Source: an uncultured Spirochaetota bacterium (lineage in GTDB: Bacteria > Spirochaetota > UBA4802 > UBA5550). From it: 64,000 bases of DNA. Below are positions 27,632 through 37,572 of this stretch, piece after piece. Position 1 is the stretch's first letter; each line of letters opens with the position of its first letter. Location of the stretch: assembly GCA_937872225.1 (NCBI GenBank), contig CALMRZ010000065.1:7007-71006 (forward strand), written 5' to 3'. The notes under the pieces are model-generated. The model saw only the letters and a list, made by a program, of their open reading frames with translations. It had not been told where the DNA came from and searched no databases. A program made the translations under genes and the position numbers.

Positions 27632-28930
27632 TTAGTATCCCGCCATCGCCTCCACTTCCTTCACCGCGGTTATCGCGGCAACGGTCCCGTCCGCCACGGC
27701 GGTCGTTATCTGCCGGTACGGCTTGCTTCGCACGTCGCCGGCCGCGAACACGCCCGGCACATTGGTGTGCAGCAGCTCGTCTGCCGCAACGTAGCCCCAC
27801 TGGTCCAGTTTCAAGGCGCCGTTAAAGATGCTTATATTCGGCTTCAGTCCGGCGAAAATAAAGACGCCGTCGGTAGCCATTTTTCTTCTCTCGCCTGTTT
27901 TCAGGTCTTCTATGGTGACGTCCATGCCGCCGTCAGGCCGCCTTTCAAAGGCCCTGGGCTCATGCTCAAAGATGAATTCTATTCTCGGGTTGGCGAAGGC
28001 TTTCTCCTGGGCCTCCTTGTTGGCCTGAAGCTTGTCGAACTGGTGGACAATGGTGACCTTCCTGGCGAACCTGGTTATGAAGAGGGACTCCTCAACGGCG
28101 GAATTGCCTCCGCCGATGACGACGACTTCCTTATTATCGTAATATTTCGCGTCGCAGGTTGCGCAGTACGAGATGCCCTTCCCCTTGTATTCGGCTTCGC
28201 CCGGCACATTCAGCTCCCGGTATGAGGACCCGGTGGCTATTATTATCCGCTTCGCACGGATCGTCTCGAAACCGTCAACAAGGATAGTCTTTGCCGCGAG
28301 ATCAACGTTCGTCACTTCGACGGCCTGGCGGAACTCGACACCGGCGTGCTTGGCCTGCTCCGTCATGAAATGGGTAAGCATGAAGCCCTCAACGGGCTTT
28401 TCGAAGCCGGGATAGTTCGACACCAGGTGGGTCGTGGTCACCTGACCGCCCGGCAGGGCCTGGTCAACGAGGATGGTCTTCACCTTCGCCTGGGCGGCGT
28501 AGATGCCCGCGGTCAGGCCCGTCGGCCCGCCGCCGATGATGAGGATATCGCAGTCGGTCATGACCGGCTGCACCATGGCCCGGAGCTCATCTGCCTTTTT
28601 CTTATCGATCAGCAGTTCCAGGTTCCCGACAAGATCAGATCTTCTGATCCCGCCGCTCAGGCGCTGTCCCACTTCTTTGCCGTCCTTGAAAAAAATCACG
28701 GTGGGCGACGACATGACGCCGAGCTTCTCGGCCAGGGGCCGGTTCTCCTGCCGGAACATCTTCATGAACCTGATGTCCTTGCCGTATAGTTCGCTCAACG
28801 GTTCGAATTTAGCCGCCAGCGCCTCACAGGGAGGGCATTCCGTCGAATAAAAGTCCAGCACGACGCTGCCGCCGCCCAGCACTTCGCTTTCGAATTGAGA
28901 TGCGTTGATGTACGATATCAGTTCCGACAT
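27632..28930 (-). CDS. Thioredoxin - thioredoxin reductase fusion protein
   Basis: N-terminal thioredoxin fold with a CPPC redox motif (YSTECPPCEAL). The TrxR part has FAD/NAD GxGxxG motifs (IIGGGPTG, VIGGGNSA), the redox-active CATCD, and GVFAAGD. Confidence 0.8.
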   Translation of the reverse strand: MSELISYINASQFESEVLGGGSVVLDFYSTECPPCEALAAKFEPLSELYGKDIRFMKMFRQENRPLAEKLGVMSSPTVIFFKDGKEVGQRLSGGIRRSDLVGNLELLIDKKKADELRAMVQPVMTDCDILIIGGGPTGLTAGIYAAQAKVKTILVDQALPGGQVTTTHLVSNYPGFEKPVEGFMLTHFMTEQAKHAGVEFRQAVEVTNVDLAAKTILVDGFETIRAKRIIIATGSSYRELNVPGEAEYKGKGISYCATCDAKYYDNKEVVVIGGGNSAVEESLFITRFARKVTIVHQFDKLQANKEAQEKAFANPRIEFIFEHEPRAFERRPDGGMDVTIEDLKTGERRKMATDGVFIFAGLKPNISIFNGALKLDQWGYVAADELLHTNVPGVFAAGDVRSKPYRQITTAVADGTVAAITAVKEVEAMAGY

Positions 28931-28977
28931 GATGATTCTCCTGTTTTCTGTGCCGACCGCGGCCCGCCGCGGACGCG

Positions 28978-30294
28978 TTATTCATTCCCCTTGTCGAAAT
29001 AGAGCGAGATCCCCATTTCAAGCAGCGGCAGCACCGGACGGCAGTCCGGGGCATGGAGCTTCCCGGTCCTGTTCCGCGCAACCGAACCGCACCCGCCGCC
29101 GCAGGCCAACTGAAGGCTGCACCCGGCGCATTCCGGTATGGTGGTCACGTCCCGCGATTCCCATTCCTCGATGGCGTCCTCCCGCCTGGTCTCCGCGGGG
29201 TAGAAGGTGCCGACCTCTTCGCCGTCCTTGCCCACCGTTGCCGTGCAGGGATAGATCTTCCCGGCGTAGTCAAAGGCCCATTCGCTTTTGCATCCGGGGC
29301 AGGAATCATAGAGGGGCACCGGCAGATCTCCATTGTCGAAAAGGAAGCGCGAGACCGAATAAGCGGGCCGGTGAAATTCCAGCACGTGGGGGTGACGCTG
29401 GATGATCTCATAGAGCTTCTCGTACAATCCCGCCCGCTCGAAGAGGCGCGCGCTGTCGGCCTGGCAGCGGTGGAGTTCATAATTGCGGCCGAGCTGGGTC
29501 TTGAAGAGGGGGTTCTTCGTCCAGCCCTTCTCCATGGCAAACCAGGCAAGTGCCGGAAGATCATCTATGTTTTCCCGGTCGATGACCATGCGAAGATTCA
29601 CGGGAAAGCCCCTTACCAGGGCCCCGTCGATCCCCGCCACGATGCGGTCGAAGGTACCGCCCCCGCCTTTCAACGGACGCCGCCCGTCATGGACGCCGCG
29701 CACGCCGTCCAGAGTCACCTGTATCTCGCGGATCGAACCCTTTGCCAGAACATCGAGGTAATCGCCGAGATGGTAGCCGTTGGTCACCACCGCTACCGGT
29801 ATTCCCCGTTCCGCCGCCTTTGTGATGATCTGCTCAATACTCGCACGGGAACCGGCTCCGGGAAGAAGCGGCTCGCCGCCGAAAATGGTGATGTATTTCC
29901 TCTTGTCAGAAAATTCACGAGTGATATAAGCATAGAAAGCATTGATGACCTCCTCTGTTAACGGCGACTTATCCTTTGCGTATCCCTCCTGGTAGCAGTA
30001 CGAGCAGGAGAAATTGCAGGAATACCAGGGCACGAAAAACAGCTGCACCTCGTTCGATTCGCGCTCGTCGAGAAAATCGAGGTATTTGAGCCTGTAAAGG
30101 CGTTCTTCCTCCATTTCATCAACAAGATACCCTTTCGCGCTGTATTCTTCCACATCGGCATACGTTTTTTCGCTGATCTCTCTCGCCTTTTCCGGCGTAA
30201 GAATATCCGCGTTCCCCGAAAGGGGGTTGATAATGAAATAGTTTTCCGAATCCCTGATCTTGCCGAATATATTGTGTTTTGAAAAAGTTTTCAT
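28978..30294 (-). CDS. Radical SAM protein with C-terminal SPASM-type Cys cluster (start taken at MKTFSKHN, 30292-30294)
   Basis: CxxxCxxC is CNFSCSYC. The C-terminus has CPGC...CTATVG...CAGCSLQLACGGGCG, typical of SPASM/twitch domains. An AGGA RBS precedes. The longer ORF-track start at 30444 is rejected. Confidence 0.7.
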   Translation of the reverse strand: MKTFSKHNIFGKIRDSENYFIINPLSGNADILTPEKAREISEKTYADVEEYSAKGYLVDEMEEERLYRLKYLDFLDERESNEVQLFFVPWYSCNFSCSYCYQEGYAKDKSPLTEEVINAFYAYITREFSDKRKYITIFGGEPLLPGAGSRASIEQIITKAAERGIPVAVVTNGYHLGDYLDVLAKGSIREIQVTLDGVRGVHDGRRPLKGGGGTFDRIVAGIDGALVRGFPVNLRMVIDRENIDDLPALAWFAMEKGWTKNPLFKTQLGRNYELHRCQADSARLFERAGLYEKLYEIIQRHPHVLEFHRPAYSVSRFLFDNGDLPVPLYDSCPGCKSEWAFDYAGKIYPCTATVGKDGEEVGTFYPAETRREDAIEEWESRDVTTIPECAGCSLQLACGGGCGSVARNRTGKLHAPDCRPVLPLLEMGISLYFDKGNE

Positions 30295-30502
30295 TGTAAC
30301 GAATCCTGATCGTATCATTGTATCCGTGACGCCCGCCATGCCGGTACCCCGGCATGGCGGGCCCGGCCCCTTAATCGTGGCACCCTGCCACGATGGAAGA
30401 GATCTTCGCGCAGCACTGGGCTGTCGCGCAGCATTGTGCGGCACTCTTCTTCTTAATGAGTGTCTTCATTTAAAACATCTCCTTATTATATAAATTCCTT
30501 CA

Positions 30503-31144
30503 TTATTTATTGGCCGATATGGTCCAGCTTACAACCTCGATGGCGCCTTTCGCATAGGGGGCGCTTTCCTCGAGTATTGTGACATCCGAAAAACCGGCCG
30601 CCCTGACACCTTCAAGGTACTCATCGCGGGTCACTGACCCGGCCCAGCATTCGGCGACCGCCTGCGGGTCGTTCCGGTAGCGATCGGGGACAGGGGCCGT
30701 TGAATAGATATCGCTCACAATGAAGCGGCCGCCCTTCTTCATGACGCGGTATATCTCCTTCCACACGCGCCTCTTGTCCGAGGCGTGGTTGATGGTGCAG
30801 TTGGATATGACCACGTCGGCAACATCATCGTTCAGCGCGATCTTTTCCAGTCCAGATTTCACGAAAGAAACATTTGTTACTCCGAATTTTTTTGCCGTGG
30901 CCCTTGCCTTTTCAAGCATGCCGTCGGAAACATCTATGCCATACACAAACCCCTCCGGGCCGACGATATCCGCCATGCGGAGGGCGTCCGCGCCCCTGCC
31001 GCTGCCCAGGTCCACGCAGGTTTCACCGGGCCTCACCGCCGCGCGCTCCAGGGCTCCGCCGCAGGAAAGGCAGCAGTTCGACTCCGCGAGGTTGCTGTAC
31101 CGCGCATTAATTGTGTCGAGTTGTATCGGCGTCGACGTCCCCAT
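30503..31144 (-). CDS. arsM: Arsenite S-adenosylmethionine methyltransferase
   Basis: The conserved Cys cluster NCCLSCGG lies upstream of the SAM motif VDLGSGRGAD. ISNCTIN...DKRRVWKEIYRVMKKGGRFIVSD closely parallels ArsM (ISNCVINL..DK.RVL.EAFRVLKPGGRFAVSD). Confidence 0.75.
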   Translation of the reverse strand: MGTSTPIQLDTINARYSNLAESNCCLSCGGALERAAVRPGETCVDLGSGRGADALRMADIVGPEGFVYGIDVSDGMLEKARATAKKFGVTNVSFVKSGLEKIALNDDVADVVISNCTINHASDKRRVWKEIYRVMKKGGRFIVSDIYSTAPVPDRYRNDPQAVAECWAGSVTRDEYLEGVRAAGFSDVTILEESAPYAKGAIEVVSWTISANK

Positions 31145-31568
31145 TGTCGTCCTCCATGGCGAATATCAGGAGGCGCAGGGCCTTCTGTATGACGGCAAAT
31201 TCAGTCTCTGACATTCGTGCCCTTATTTTGTCTTCACATTGTTTCCTGAATACGGCGGTATCATGGTTCACCGAAATTCCTTCTTCCGTCAGCGATACCC
31301 GGCTGTAGCGCCTGTCATGTTCATCAGCTTCCCTGCGCAAAAATCCTCTGGTAGCAAGTTTGTCTATAATCCTGCTCATGCGCGATGGCGAGAGGGTGTT
31401 TCTCTTTGCCAGGTCTATAATGGGTACCGATTCCCCCGGATTGAGGGACGCAAGAACCTGTAGTTCCTTTGCGGTGAGACTGTTATCCTCGCCGCTGCTA
31501 TTGTTCAGGTGGCAGCACTGCTCATTGAGCATCATTATTGTCTCTACTATATTATATTGCATATCCAA
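31107..31568 (-). CDS. MarR-family transcriptional regulator
   Basis: The winged-helix region LTAKELQVLASL...RRYSRVSLTEEG is typical of MarR. It overlaps arsM by 38 nt, suggesting an operon. Confidence 0.65.
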   Translation of the reverse strand: MDMQYNIVETIMMLNEQCCHLNNSSGEDNSLTAKELQVLASLNPGESVPIIDLAKRNTLSPSRMSRIIDKLATRGFLRREADEHDRRYSRVSLTEEGISVNHDTAVFRKQCEDKIRARMSETEFAVIQKALRLLIFAMEDDNGDVDADTTRHN

Positions 31569-31727
31569 TTGCCCCTGTCAACTGTTGCTAATGGCAAATA
31601 TATATAATGCGAGCATGAATGTCAATACATTTTTTTAGTATTTTATAAAATTCTATTATTTATCAAGGTTTTTAAAATTTATTTAAGGATTTTAGCGAAA
31701 ACACAAATAATTGCAGGTATATAAAGA

Positions 31728-31770
31728 TGCAGGAGGTCCATGCTCAAAATAGCATGCTGGACCTCCTGCG
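31728..31770. other. Long near-perfect hairpin GCAGGAGGTCCATGCTcaaaatAGCATGCTGGACCTCCTGC in an AT-rich 490-bp intergenic region, flanked by two ~35-bp imperfect direct repeats (about 31634-31668 and 31928-31962)
   Basis: Read directly. Roughly 16 bp of stem. The direct repeats are TTTTTAG(T/A)ATTTTATAAA(A)TT(C/A)(T/C)T(A)TTTA(T/A)C. Confidence 0.4.
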
Positions 31771-32060
31771 GTAACGTATTTACCATCTGTATCTTCTGCC
31801 CTGTCCGGCCCAACGGGGAGTGCCATCAAAGCATTTCAATTCTACAACATCTGGAACCCCTCTTAATCGTTTTTGCCACAATGCCATTTTGCCCGTCAGT
31901 ATTGATCCTGGCGCCGGTAACTTCAATTTTTTTAGAATTTTATAAATTACTTATTTAACGATCATTAAGTTTTTTTTAATTTTTTTTAAAAATCGTGTCG
32001 GTACATTCAGACCTGTTACGTTGAACCTTTATAACAATATAAAAAAGGAGTTGCAGCAGT

Positions 32061-32564
32061 ATGAAAAAAATAATTCCATTCATCACCTCGCTTTTATTGG
32101 CCATGCCAATAATGATCTTTGCCCAGGAAAAGGAAATGGAGAAAGATCAACTGCGGGAAAAAATCCAGGAAAAAACGGTAAAGAAAGAAGCAGTCAAAGA
32201 GCAATTGCGCGCGAAGAAGCAGGACCGCGAACAGAAGCGTGACGCCGTGAAAAGCCAGATTCGGGAAAAAAAGCAGGACCGCGACAGGGTCCGTGAAGCA
32301 AAAAAAGACCAGGTCAAAGAAAAGAATCAATTGAAGAATCAGAACAAGATAGCCAACAAGGAACAGATCAGGAACAAACAGCAGGACCGCAAGCGCAAAC
32401 GCGAAGCCAGGAGAGACCAGATCAGGGAAAGAAACGAGGAGCGCAAAGCCAGCCAGGAGCTTAAGAGAGAACAGATACGGAACCAGGCCCAGCAGCGGGC
32501 CATCAATCAGGAAGTTATTAAAAATGCGGTTCAGAATCAAAACCGCAAGGGAGGGGGAAGATAA
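32061..32564 (+). CDS. Secreted low-complexity repeat protein (K/R-D/E-Q-I/L-R-E-K repeats every ~14 aa)
   Basis: Signal peptide MKKIIPFITSLLLAMPIMIFAQE, then repeats KDQLREK, KEQLRAK, KSQIREK, KDQVKEK, KEQIRNK, RDQIRER, REQIRNQ. An AAAGGAG RBS precedes. CpxP/Spy-like periplasmic proteins have a comparable repeat style, but this is not established. Confidence 0.5.
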   Translation: MKKIIPFITSLLLAMPIMIFAQEKEMEKDQLREKIQEKTVKKEAVKEQLRAKKQDREQKRDAVKSQIREKKQDRDRVREAKKDQVKEKNQLKNQNKIANKEQIRNKQQDRKRKREARRDQIRERNEERKASQELKREQIRNQAQQRAINQEVIKNAVQNQNRKGGGR

Positions 32565-32671
32565 TCCCCTGATTCACCGACGCGAAAACTATAAGCTTAA
32601 GAAGACCGGGTTGATGGCCATCACCCGGTCTTCTATAACATTATGCGGGGTTTGTTTACAGGAGCCTTGAC

Positions 32672-33805
32672 ATGGGACTTCGCACTTTTTTACGTATACA
32701 TAACATCACAACAGCTGTTCTCATCGTGGGTTTGGCGGCAACATTTTTATCCATGCCCTTATTTTCCCAAATCGATGAAACCGGTCAGTCGCCTCAGGAT
32801 GACAGGCCCATGCAGGAAGAGGCCAGAAAAAACGCCAGCGGGGAAGAGCCGAAAAAGAATAAAATATTCGGATTTGAGATCGGCATGAGCGGCGGATATG
32901 CGACAGGCATTTCCGTCAGCAACTGGCAATACAGGCCATACGCGAACCTGGTACTCAGTCACAAGTATATAAAAGGAACGGCCGGCGTTTACCGCTGCAA
33001 GAATTTCCTCATAACGGACGGGGAAGGCTCTTTTGAAAACATCAACTTCACACAGCCGAAGATAGGGCTTTCGCTATATCCCCATAATGTTATCGAGCTA
33101 TACGGCGAATACCGCTATTCAACCGGCGACTATTCCCATTATTACCGTGGTCACGAGGGGACCGCCGGTTTCCTGCTCGATTTTGACGTCGTGACCATCG
33201 ATGCATCATGTAACAAGCGTCTTGTAGAATACGAGTTTAAATCAGTCAACTGGGCAGACAAGATTACCCTCTTATACAGGGACATCAACATTCACGGCAG
33301 GGCAACCCAGCTCTATACCATTGACACGAACAGGACCAAGTATCTTGACGATACAACGGCAACCGTAAACCTGTCATGGAATATTATCGACACCACCAGT
33401 CTCGACCTGACCTACTATTACCTCTACAGCATATTCAAGTATCCCAGGGATTCATATTACAATCACACCGGAAGGGCCGGTGTATATTCCGACGTATGCA
33501 AATACATTTCAATCCACGGGGGCGCAAGTCTCGGTCTTGATGCGGAACGCTACCTCATTGCCGGCGGTGATTTCGGTGCGACGTTCAACATACTCGGCTA
33601 TGTGACAATTACCGCGTCCTACCTTCCAAGTTATTTCTTCGCGCCCGTCGGCGGCAGCGCGCTGAAACGCATTATAGACTCATATGTGCTTTATAGTTAC
33701 AGCTATAATAGCGCCGGATCTACCAACCCCTATCTCCAGCCATCGCAGATCGGGAAATCATTCTGGAATCACAGCGTGAATTTCAACATAACCTTCAGAT
33801 ATTGA
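32672..33805 (+). CDS. Putative outer-membrane beta-barrel protein
   Basis: N-terminal hydrophobic signal-anchor, Tyr/Gly-rich alternating pattern, and a C-terminal ...NITFRY aromatic terminus. Confidence 0.5.
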   Translation: MGLRTFLRIHNITTAVLIVGLAATFLSMPLFSQIDETGQSPQDDRPMQEEARKNASGEEPKKNKIFGFEIGMSGGYATGISVSNWQYRPYANLVLSHKYIKGTAGVYRCKNFLITDGEGSFENINFTQPKIGLSLYPHNVIELYGEYRYSTGDYSHYYRGHEGTAGFLLDFDVVTIDASCNKRLVEYEFKSVNWADKITLLYRDINIHGRATQLYTIDTNRTKYLDDTTATVNLSWNIIDTTSLDLTYYYLYSIFKYPRDSYYNHTGRAGVYSDVCKYISIHGGASLGLDAERYLIAGGDFGATFNILGYVTITASYLPSYFFAPVGGSALKRIIDSYVLYSYSYNSAGSTNPYLQPSQIGKSFWNHSVNFNITFRY

Positions 33806-33849
33806 ACCATAAAGGATACCTTCTCATACGTCAGAGCCGGGGCAGGGAC

Positions 33850-35016
33850 CTATCTTCCCCTCCTCATCTGCTGGTTCATATTGTTCCTGTTGAACCGGCG
33901 CATCTCGTTCATCTGCTGTTTCTTCAGTTCCATTCTCTGCTGCCGCGCCTCCCGCTCACGCTCCTCGCGTCCATACCCTTTTCCATCTGCGCCGTCATCC
34001 TGTCTGCTTCCGTCATTCTTCATAGTGGCGCTTCCGGAAGAATCACTGTCTTTCCCTGACATGTCAGCGCCGCTGCCGCCCCTGCCGGCAACAGGTCCGG
34101 CTGCCGCTGCTGACGGCAGGAGAAGATGATCGTATGCCCCCTTCCGCAGGGCATCGATATTTTCGAATATTGCCAATTCTTCGCTTGTCGCGGGAATGAT
34201 CCTGGCTGAATCTGAAATAATGCATTTTTCTCCCGCATGAACAACAATGCTTTCACGACTCCGCCTTGGGGTGACCCTTACACTGTCTTTTTTCATTATG
34301 ACAAGGCTCATGCCCCGGGTTGTCTGCAACAGGAACTCCGTGCCGAGGGATTCGATCCTGGCATTGGGCGTGATGTATTCATATGATATTGTCTCTTCAT
34401 TGCCGTGTATGGATGACAGCAGCAATCCATCATGGAGGCTGTTCTTCAGCACTATCCGGCCGGCTTTTTCCCGGACAAATGAGTCAATCGAAAGATCGGA
34501 CCTGTTTACCAGGGTTATGCTCGCTATTGAACCATGGACGATACGCGTTACGGCTTTATCCGGCACCCTGATCCATCCGCCGTCATAGATCTTCATGCCC
34601 GACACCAGCGGCTTTTCATTTAATGTGATTCCCATGTCAGCGACACCTGCCGTCATGGCGATCCGTCGGGGCCCGGCAGGCCAGTACAGAATGGTCCCGA
34701 TAACAATAATCACGGCAGCGGCTGATGATGCCAGTACGGCCCGGGGATACCTTCTGATATGGTCGAGGAGTCCCTTCGTCCCCGATGGCGTTTCACCGGA
34801 ACGTATTTCGCGCCATGAACGGACAATCCGTTCCTGGATACTGTCATTGAGCCGCACGTGTTGGTACCGTGGCGCTATCGCCGCCGCCAGCCTTTCCTGT
34901 TTCTTGCGGCATTCGGCGCATGAACGGATATGGCCCTCGAACCGCTCCCGCCGGACGGGCTTCATTGTTTCTGCAAGGTAGGCAGCAAGATCTTTGTATG
35001 TCAGATGTTTATTCAC
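33850..35016 (-). CDS. Anti-sigma factor (zinc-finger HxxxCxxC N-terminus, TM segment, FecR-like periplasmic domain)
   Basis: HIRSCAECR motif and a single TM (AVIIVIGTILYW). Directly downstream of the ECF sigma factor. Confidence 0.6.
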   Translation of the reverse strand: MNKHLTYKDLAAYLAETMKPVRRERFEGHIRSCAECRKKQERLAAAIAPRYQHVRLNDSIQERIVRSWREIRSGETPSGTKGLLDHIRRYPRAVLASSAAAVIIVIGTILYWPAGPRRIAMTAGVADMGITLNEKPLVSGMKIYDGGWIRVPDKAVTRIVHGSIASITLVNRSDLSIDSFVREKAGRIVLKNSLHDGLLLSSIHGNEETISYEYITPNARIESLGTEFLLQTTRGMSLVIMKKDSVRVTPRRSRESIVVHAGEKCIISDSARIIPATSEELAIFENIDALRKGAYDHLLLPSAAAAGPVAGRGGSGADMSGKDSDSSGSATMKNDGSRQDDGADGKGYGREEREREARQQRMELKKQQMNEMRRFNRNNMNQQMRRGR

Positions 35017-35033
35017 GCTCTATCAGACCCGCT

Positions 35034-35594
35034 CTATTGTATAACGAATTTGAATACAAACACCGCCAGCAAAATCAGCAATAAAAGCGTAAAACCGTAC
35101 TTTTCCAGCGATTCCGCCAGGTATTCCAGCATCTCCTTCATTTTTCTCTGGGCCGTCCGCTCGGAAATCCCCAGATTTTCGGCTATCTCGCCATAAGTCA
35201 TATCAAGCTCCATCTTCATGATATACACCGACCGCGAAACAGGATCTTTTTTATCTATAAGATCAGATACCCGGTTTCTCAGCTCCTCATATTCAATGTT
35301 TTTTTCGCTGTCACGGGGCGCGTTATAGGCAATATTTTCATCGAGGGGCATTTCCCGCGTTGAGCGGTTTTTCCTCAGGTAATCGATGCAGAGATTGCGC
35401 GCGATACGGTACAGAAAGGCGCGAATGTTGGTTTCATCTATTGCGCGGTCCCGGGAATGCCGAATGAGCCTCACGAAGGCATCATGGAATATATCCTCGG
35501 CCGTTTCCTTTATTTTAACGAACCCGAAGATATAAATAAGCAGTTCCCTGCCGTACAGGGAATACAATTCTTTTAATCGCTGTTCTTCTATCAT
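35034..35594 (-). CDS. ECF (sigma-70 family, group IV) sigma factor
   Basis: Region 2 (DIFHDAFVRLI, FLYRIARNLCIDYLRK) and region 4 (TYGEIAENLGISERTAQRKM). Confidence 0.8.
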   Translation of the reverse strand: MIEEQRLKELYSLYGRELLIYIFGFVKIKETAEDIFHDAFVRLIRHSRDRAIDETNIRAFLYRIARNLCIDYLRKNRSTREMPLDENIAYNAPRDSEKNIEYEELRNRVSDLIDKKDPVSRSVYIMKMELDMTYGEIAENLGISERTAQRKMKEMLEYLAESLEKYGFTLLLLILLAVFVFKFVIQ

Positions 35595-35804
35595 GATGAG
35601 GACGTGTGATAACTTAGCAAATCATTAATTTTACGCATTTACCGGTCGACACTGTCAACCGGGCAACCCGGCTGCAGGCACAGGGATAGTTGATGGTATC
35701 CCTGATAAACTAATTAGTCATCAGGCCAGCATGTCCATTACTTTTCTCATCATCCGCATTGTTATTTGTTATTTTCACCGGAACGATCCCGGCATCCGGC
35801 TGTT

Positions 35805-36167
35805 CTATTTCGCGAATAACATCTTCAGGGATATCAGCAGCAGCGCAACGCCGAAGATCTTCTCAAGAACACCATTGGATACGGCAGCGGCCAGCCTGGC
35901 CCCGAGAAAACTCCCCGCCAGGAAGCCGACCGCGATAAAAATGGCAGCCTGGAAATCCACATATCCCTGCCGGTAATAAGCCCATGCCGCGAGGATGCCT
36001 ATTGGCGGCACCATGAGGGCCAGCGTCGTGCCCTGGGCCTGGTGCTGGGAAAATCCGAAAAAAAACAGCAGCGCAGGAACGATAATAATGCCGCCGCCGA
36101 TGCCGATCAATCCGCTCAATGTCCCGGCAACCACGCCGAGGAGGATCAATAAAACAATTGTCATCAT
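35805..36167 (-). CDS. TSUP/DUF81 (TauE/SafE-like) membrane protein, single-repeat form
   Basis: GLIGIGGGIIIVP motif typical of DUF81. 120 aa with four hydrophobic helices. Confidence 0.55.
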   Translation of the reverse strand: MMTIVLLILLGVVAGTLSGLIGIGGGIIIVPALLFFFGFSQHQAQGTTLALMVPPIGILAAWAYYRQGYVDFQAAIFIAVGFLAGSFLGARLAAAVSNGVLEKIFGVALLLISLKMLFAK

Positions 36168-36437
36168 GGCAATTCACCTGATTCAAAGAATAGTTTTTAT
36201 AGATAAGTACCAGATATACCAGAATTGTTGCAGGCTGCACTTATTTTTCAATGAGCCATCACCAGTAATTCTTTAACACGCGGAACAGCATTACCCACCG
36301 GCCGCGGGCTGATTCCATCCCGCTATTTCAACTGTTTAATTCATCTATATTTTAAATGTTTATTATTTGATATCTTTATTGACAAATATATCCCGTTTCA
36401 TTAAATTGATGAAACCCTGTCATACGCGAGGTTATCC

Positions 36438-37550
36438 ATGAAGAATATTCTCTCATCAAGAATCGGCATGATAGTGGCCGGTTCGGCCATCGGGATCATT
36501 GCGGTTTTATTGCAGGCCGCGGGGAACCCGCCGAACATGGGGATCTGCGTCGCCTGCTTCGAGCGCGACATAGCCGGTGCTCTGGGGCTCCACCGGGCTG
36601 ATGTTGTCCAGTACCTGAGGCCGGAAATACCGGCAATCGTTCTCGGGTCGTTCATTATTTCCACCGTCATGAAGGAATACAAGCCGCGGGCCGGGTCATC
36701 AACGCTGATCCGCTTTTTTCTCGGGATGTTCGCCATGGTCGGCGCCCTTGTTTTTCTCGGGTGCCCCTGGCGCGCCCTTCTCCGCCTTGCCGGCGGCGAT
36801 CTGAATTCGCTCCTCGGCCTGCTCGGCCTTGTCTGCGGCATCGGCATCGGAGTGGTCTTCCTCAATAGGGGATACAGCCTTGGGAGATCGCACGACAACA
36901 GAAAAGCCAGCGGATGGCTATTCCCTGCCTTCATGCTGGGCCTCGTGCTTCTCAATGTATCCGGCGTGTCATTTTCCGAAGGCGGGCCCATATTTTTCAG
37001 CGCCAAGGGACCCGGCTCAATGCATGCCAACGTCATTATCAGCCTCGCCGCCGGCCTCGCCTTCGGGGCCATAGCCCAACGGAGCAGGTTCTGCACCATG
37101 GGATCCATACGCGACATCATCCTCGCCCGGGACTTCCATCTCATGACCGGCGTCGCATCACTCCTGACGACCGCATTTATCGGGAACCTTATACTCGGCA
37201 CATTCAATCCGGGCTTTACGGGCCAACCGGTGGCGCACAGCAACCATCTCTGGAACTTTCTCGGCATGACCCTCGCGGGACTGGCCTTTGCCCTCGCAGG
37301 CGGCTGTCCCGGGAGACAGCTCATTCTTTCCGGGGAAGGCGATGCCGACGCGGGGGTGTTCGTCATGGGCATGATCACCGGCGCGGCCTTTGCGCACAAT
37401 CTGTCCCTGGCCGGCAAGCCCGACACCATGGCCGGAGACGTGTTTACACTGGGAGGGCCCGGTATCTATGGCCAGGCGGCCGTTATCACCGGCATCATTT
37501 TCTGCCTCATCATAGGCTTCACCATGCGCGAAAAGCTGACAGTGAAGTAA
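36438..37550 (+). CDS. YeeE/YedE-family inner-membrane protein (thiosulfate/selenium-compound transporter family)
   Basis: Duplicated Cys-containing motifs GICVACFERD and SRFCTMGSIRD (the conserved Cys in both halves), with about 9 TM segments. Confidence 0.7.
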   Translation: MKNILSSRIGMIVAGSAIGIIAVLLQAAGNPPNMGICVACFERDIAGALGLHRADVVQYLRPEIPAIVLGSFIISTVMKEYKPRAGSSTLIRFFLGMFAMVGALVFLGCPWRALLRLAGGDLNSLLGLLGLVCGIGIGVVFLNRGYSLGRSHDNRKASGWLFPAFMLGLVLLNVSGVSFSEGGPIFFSAKGPGSMHANVIISLAAGLAFGAIAQRSRFCTMGSIRDIILARDFHLMTGVASLLTTAFIGNLILGTFNPGFTGQPVAHSNHLWNFLGMTLAGLAFALAGGCPGRQLILSGEGDADAGVFVMGMITGAAFAHNLSLAGKPDTMAGDVFTLGGPGIYGQAAVITGIIFCLIIGFTMREKLTVK

Positions 37551-37572
37551 TAATGACACAAAGGAGAACCCC

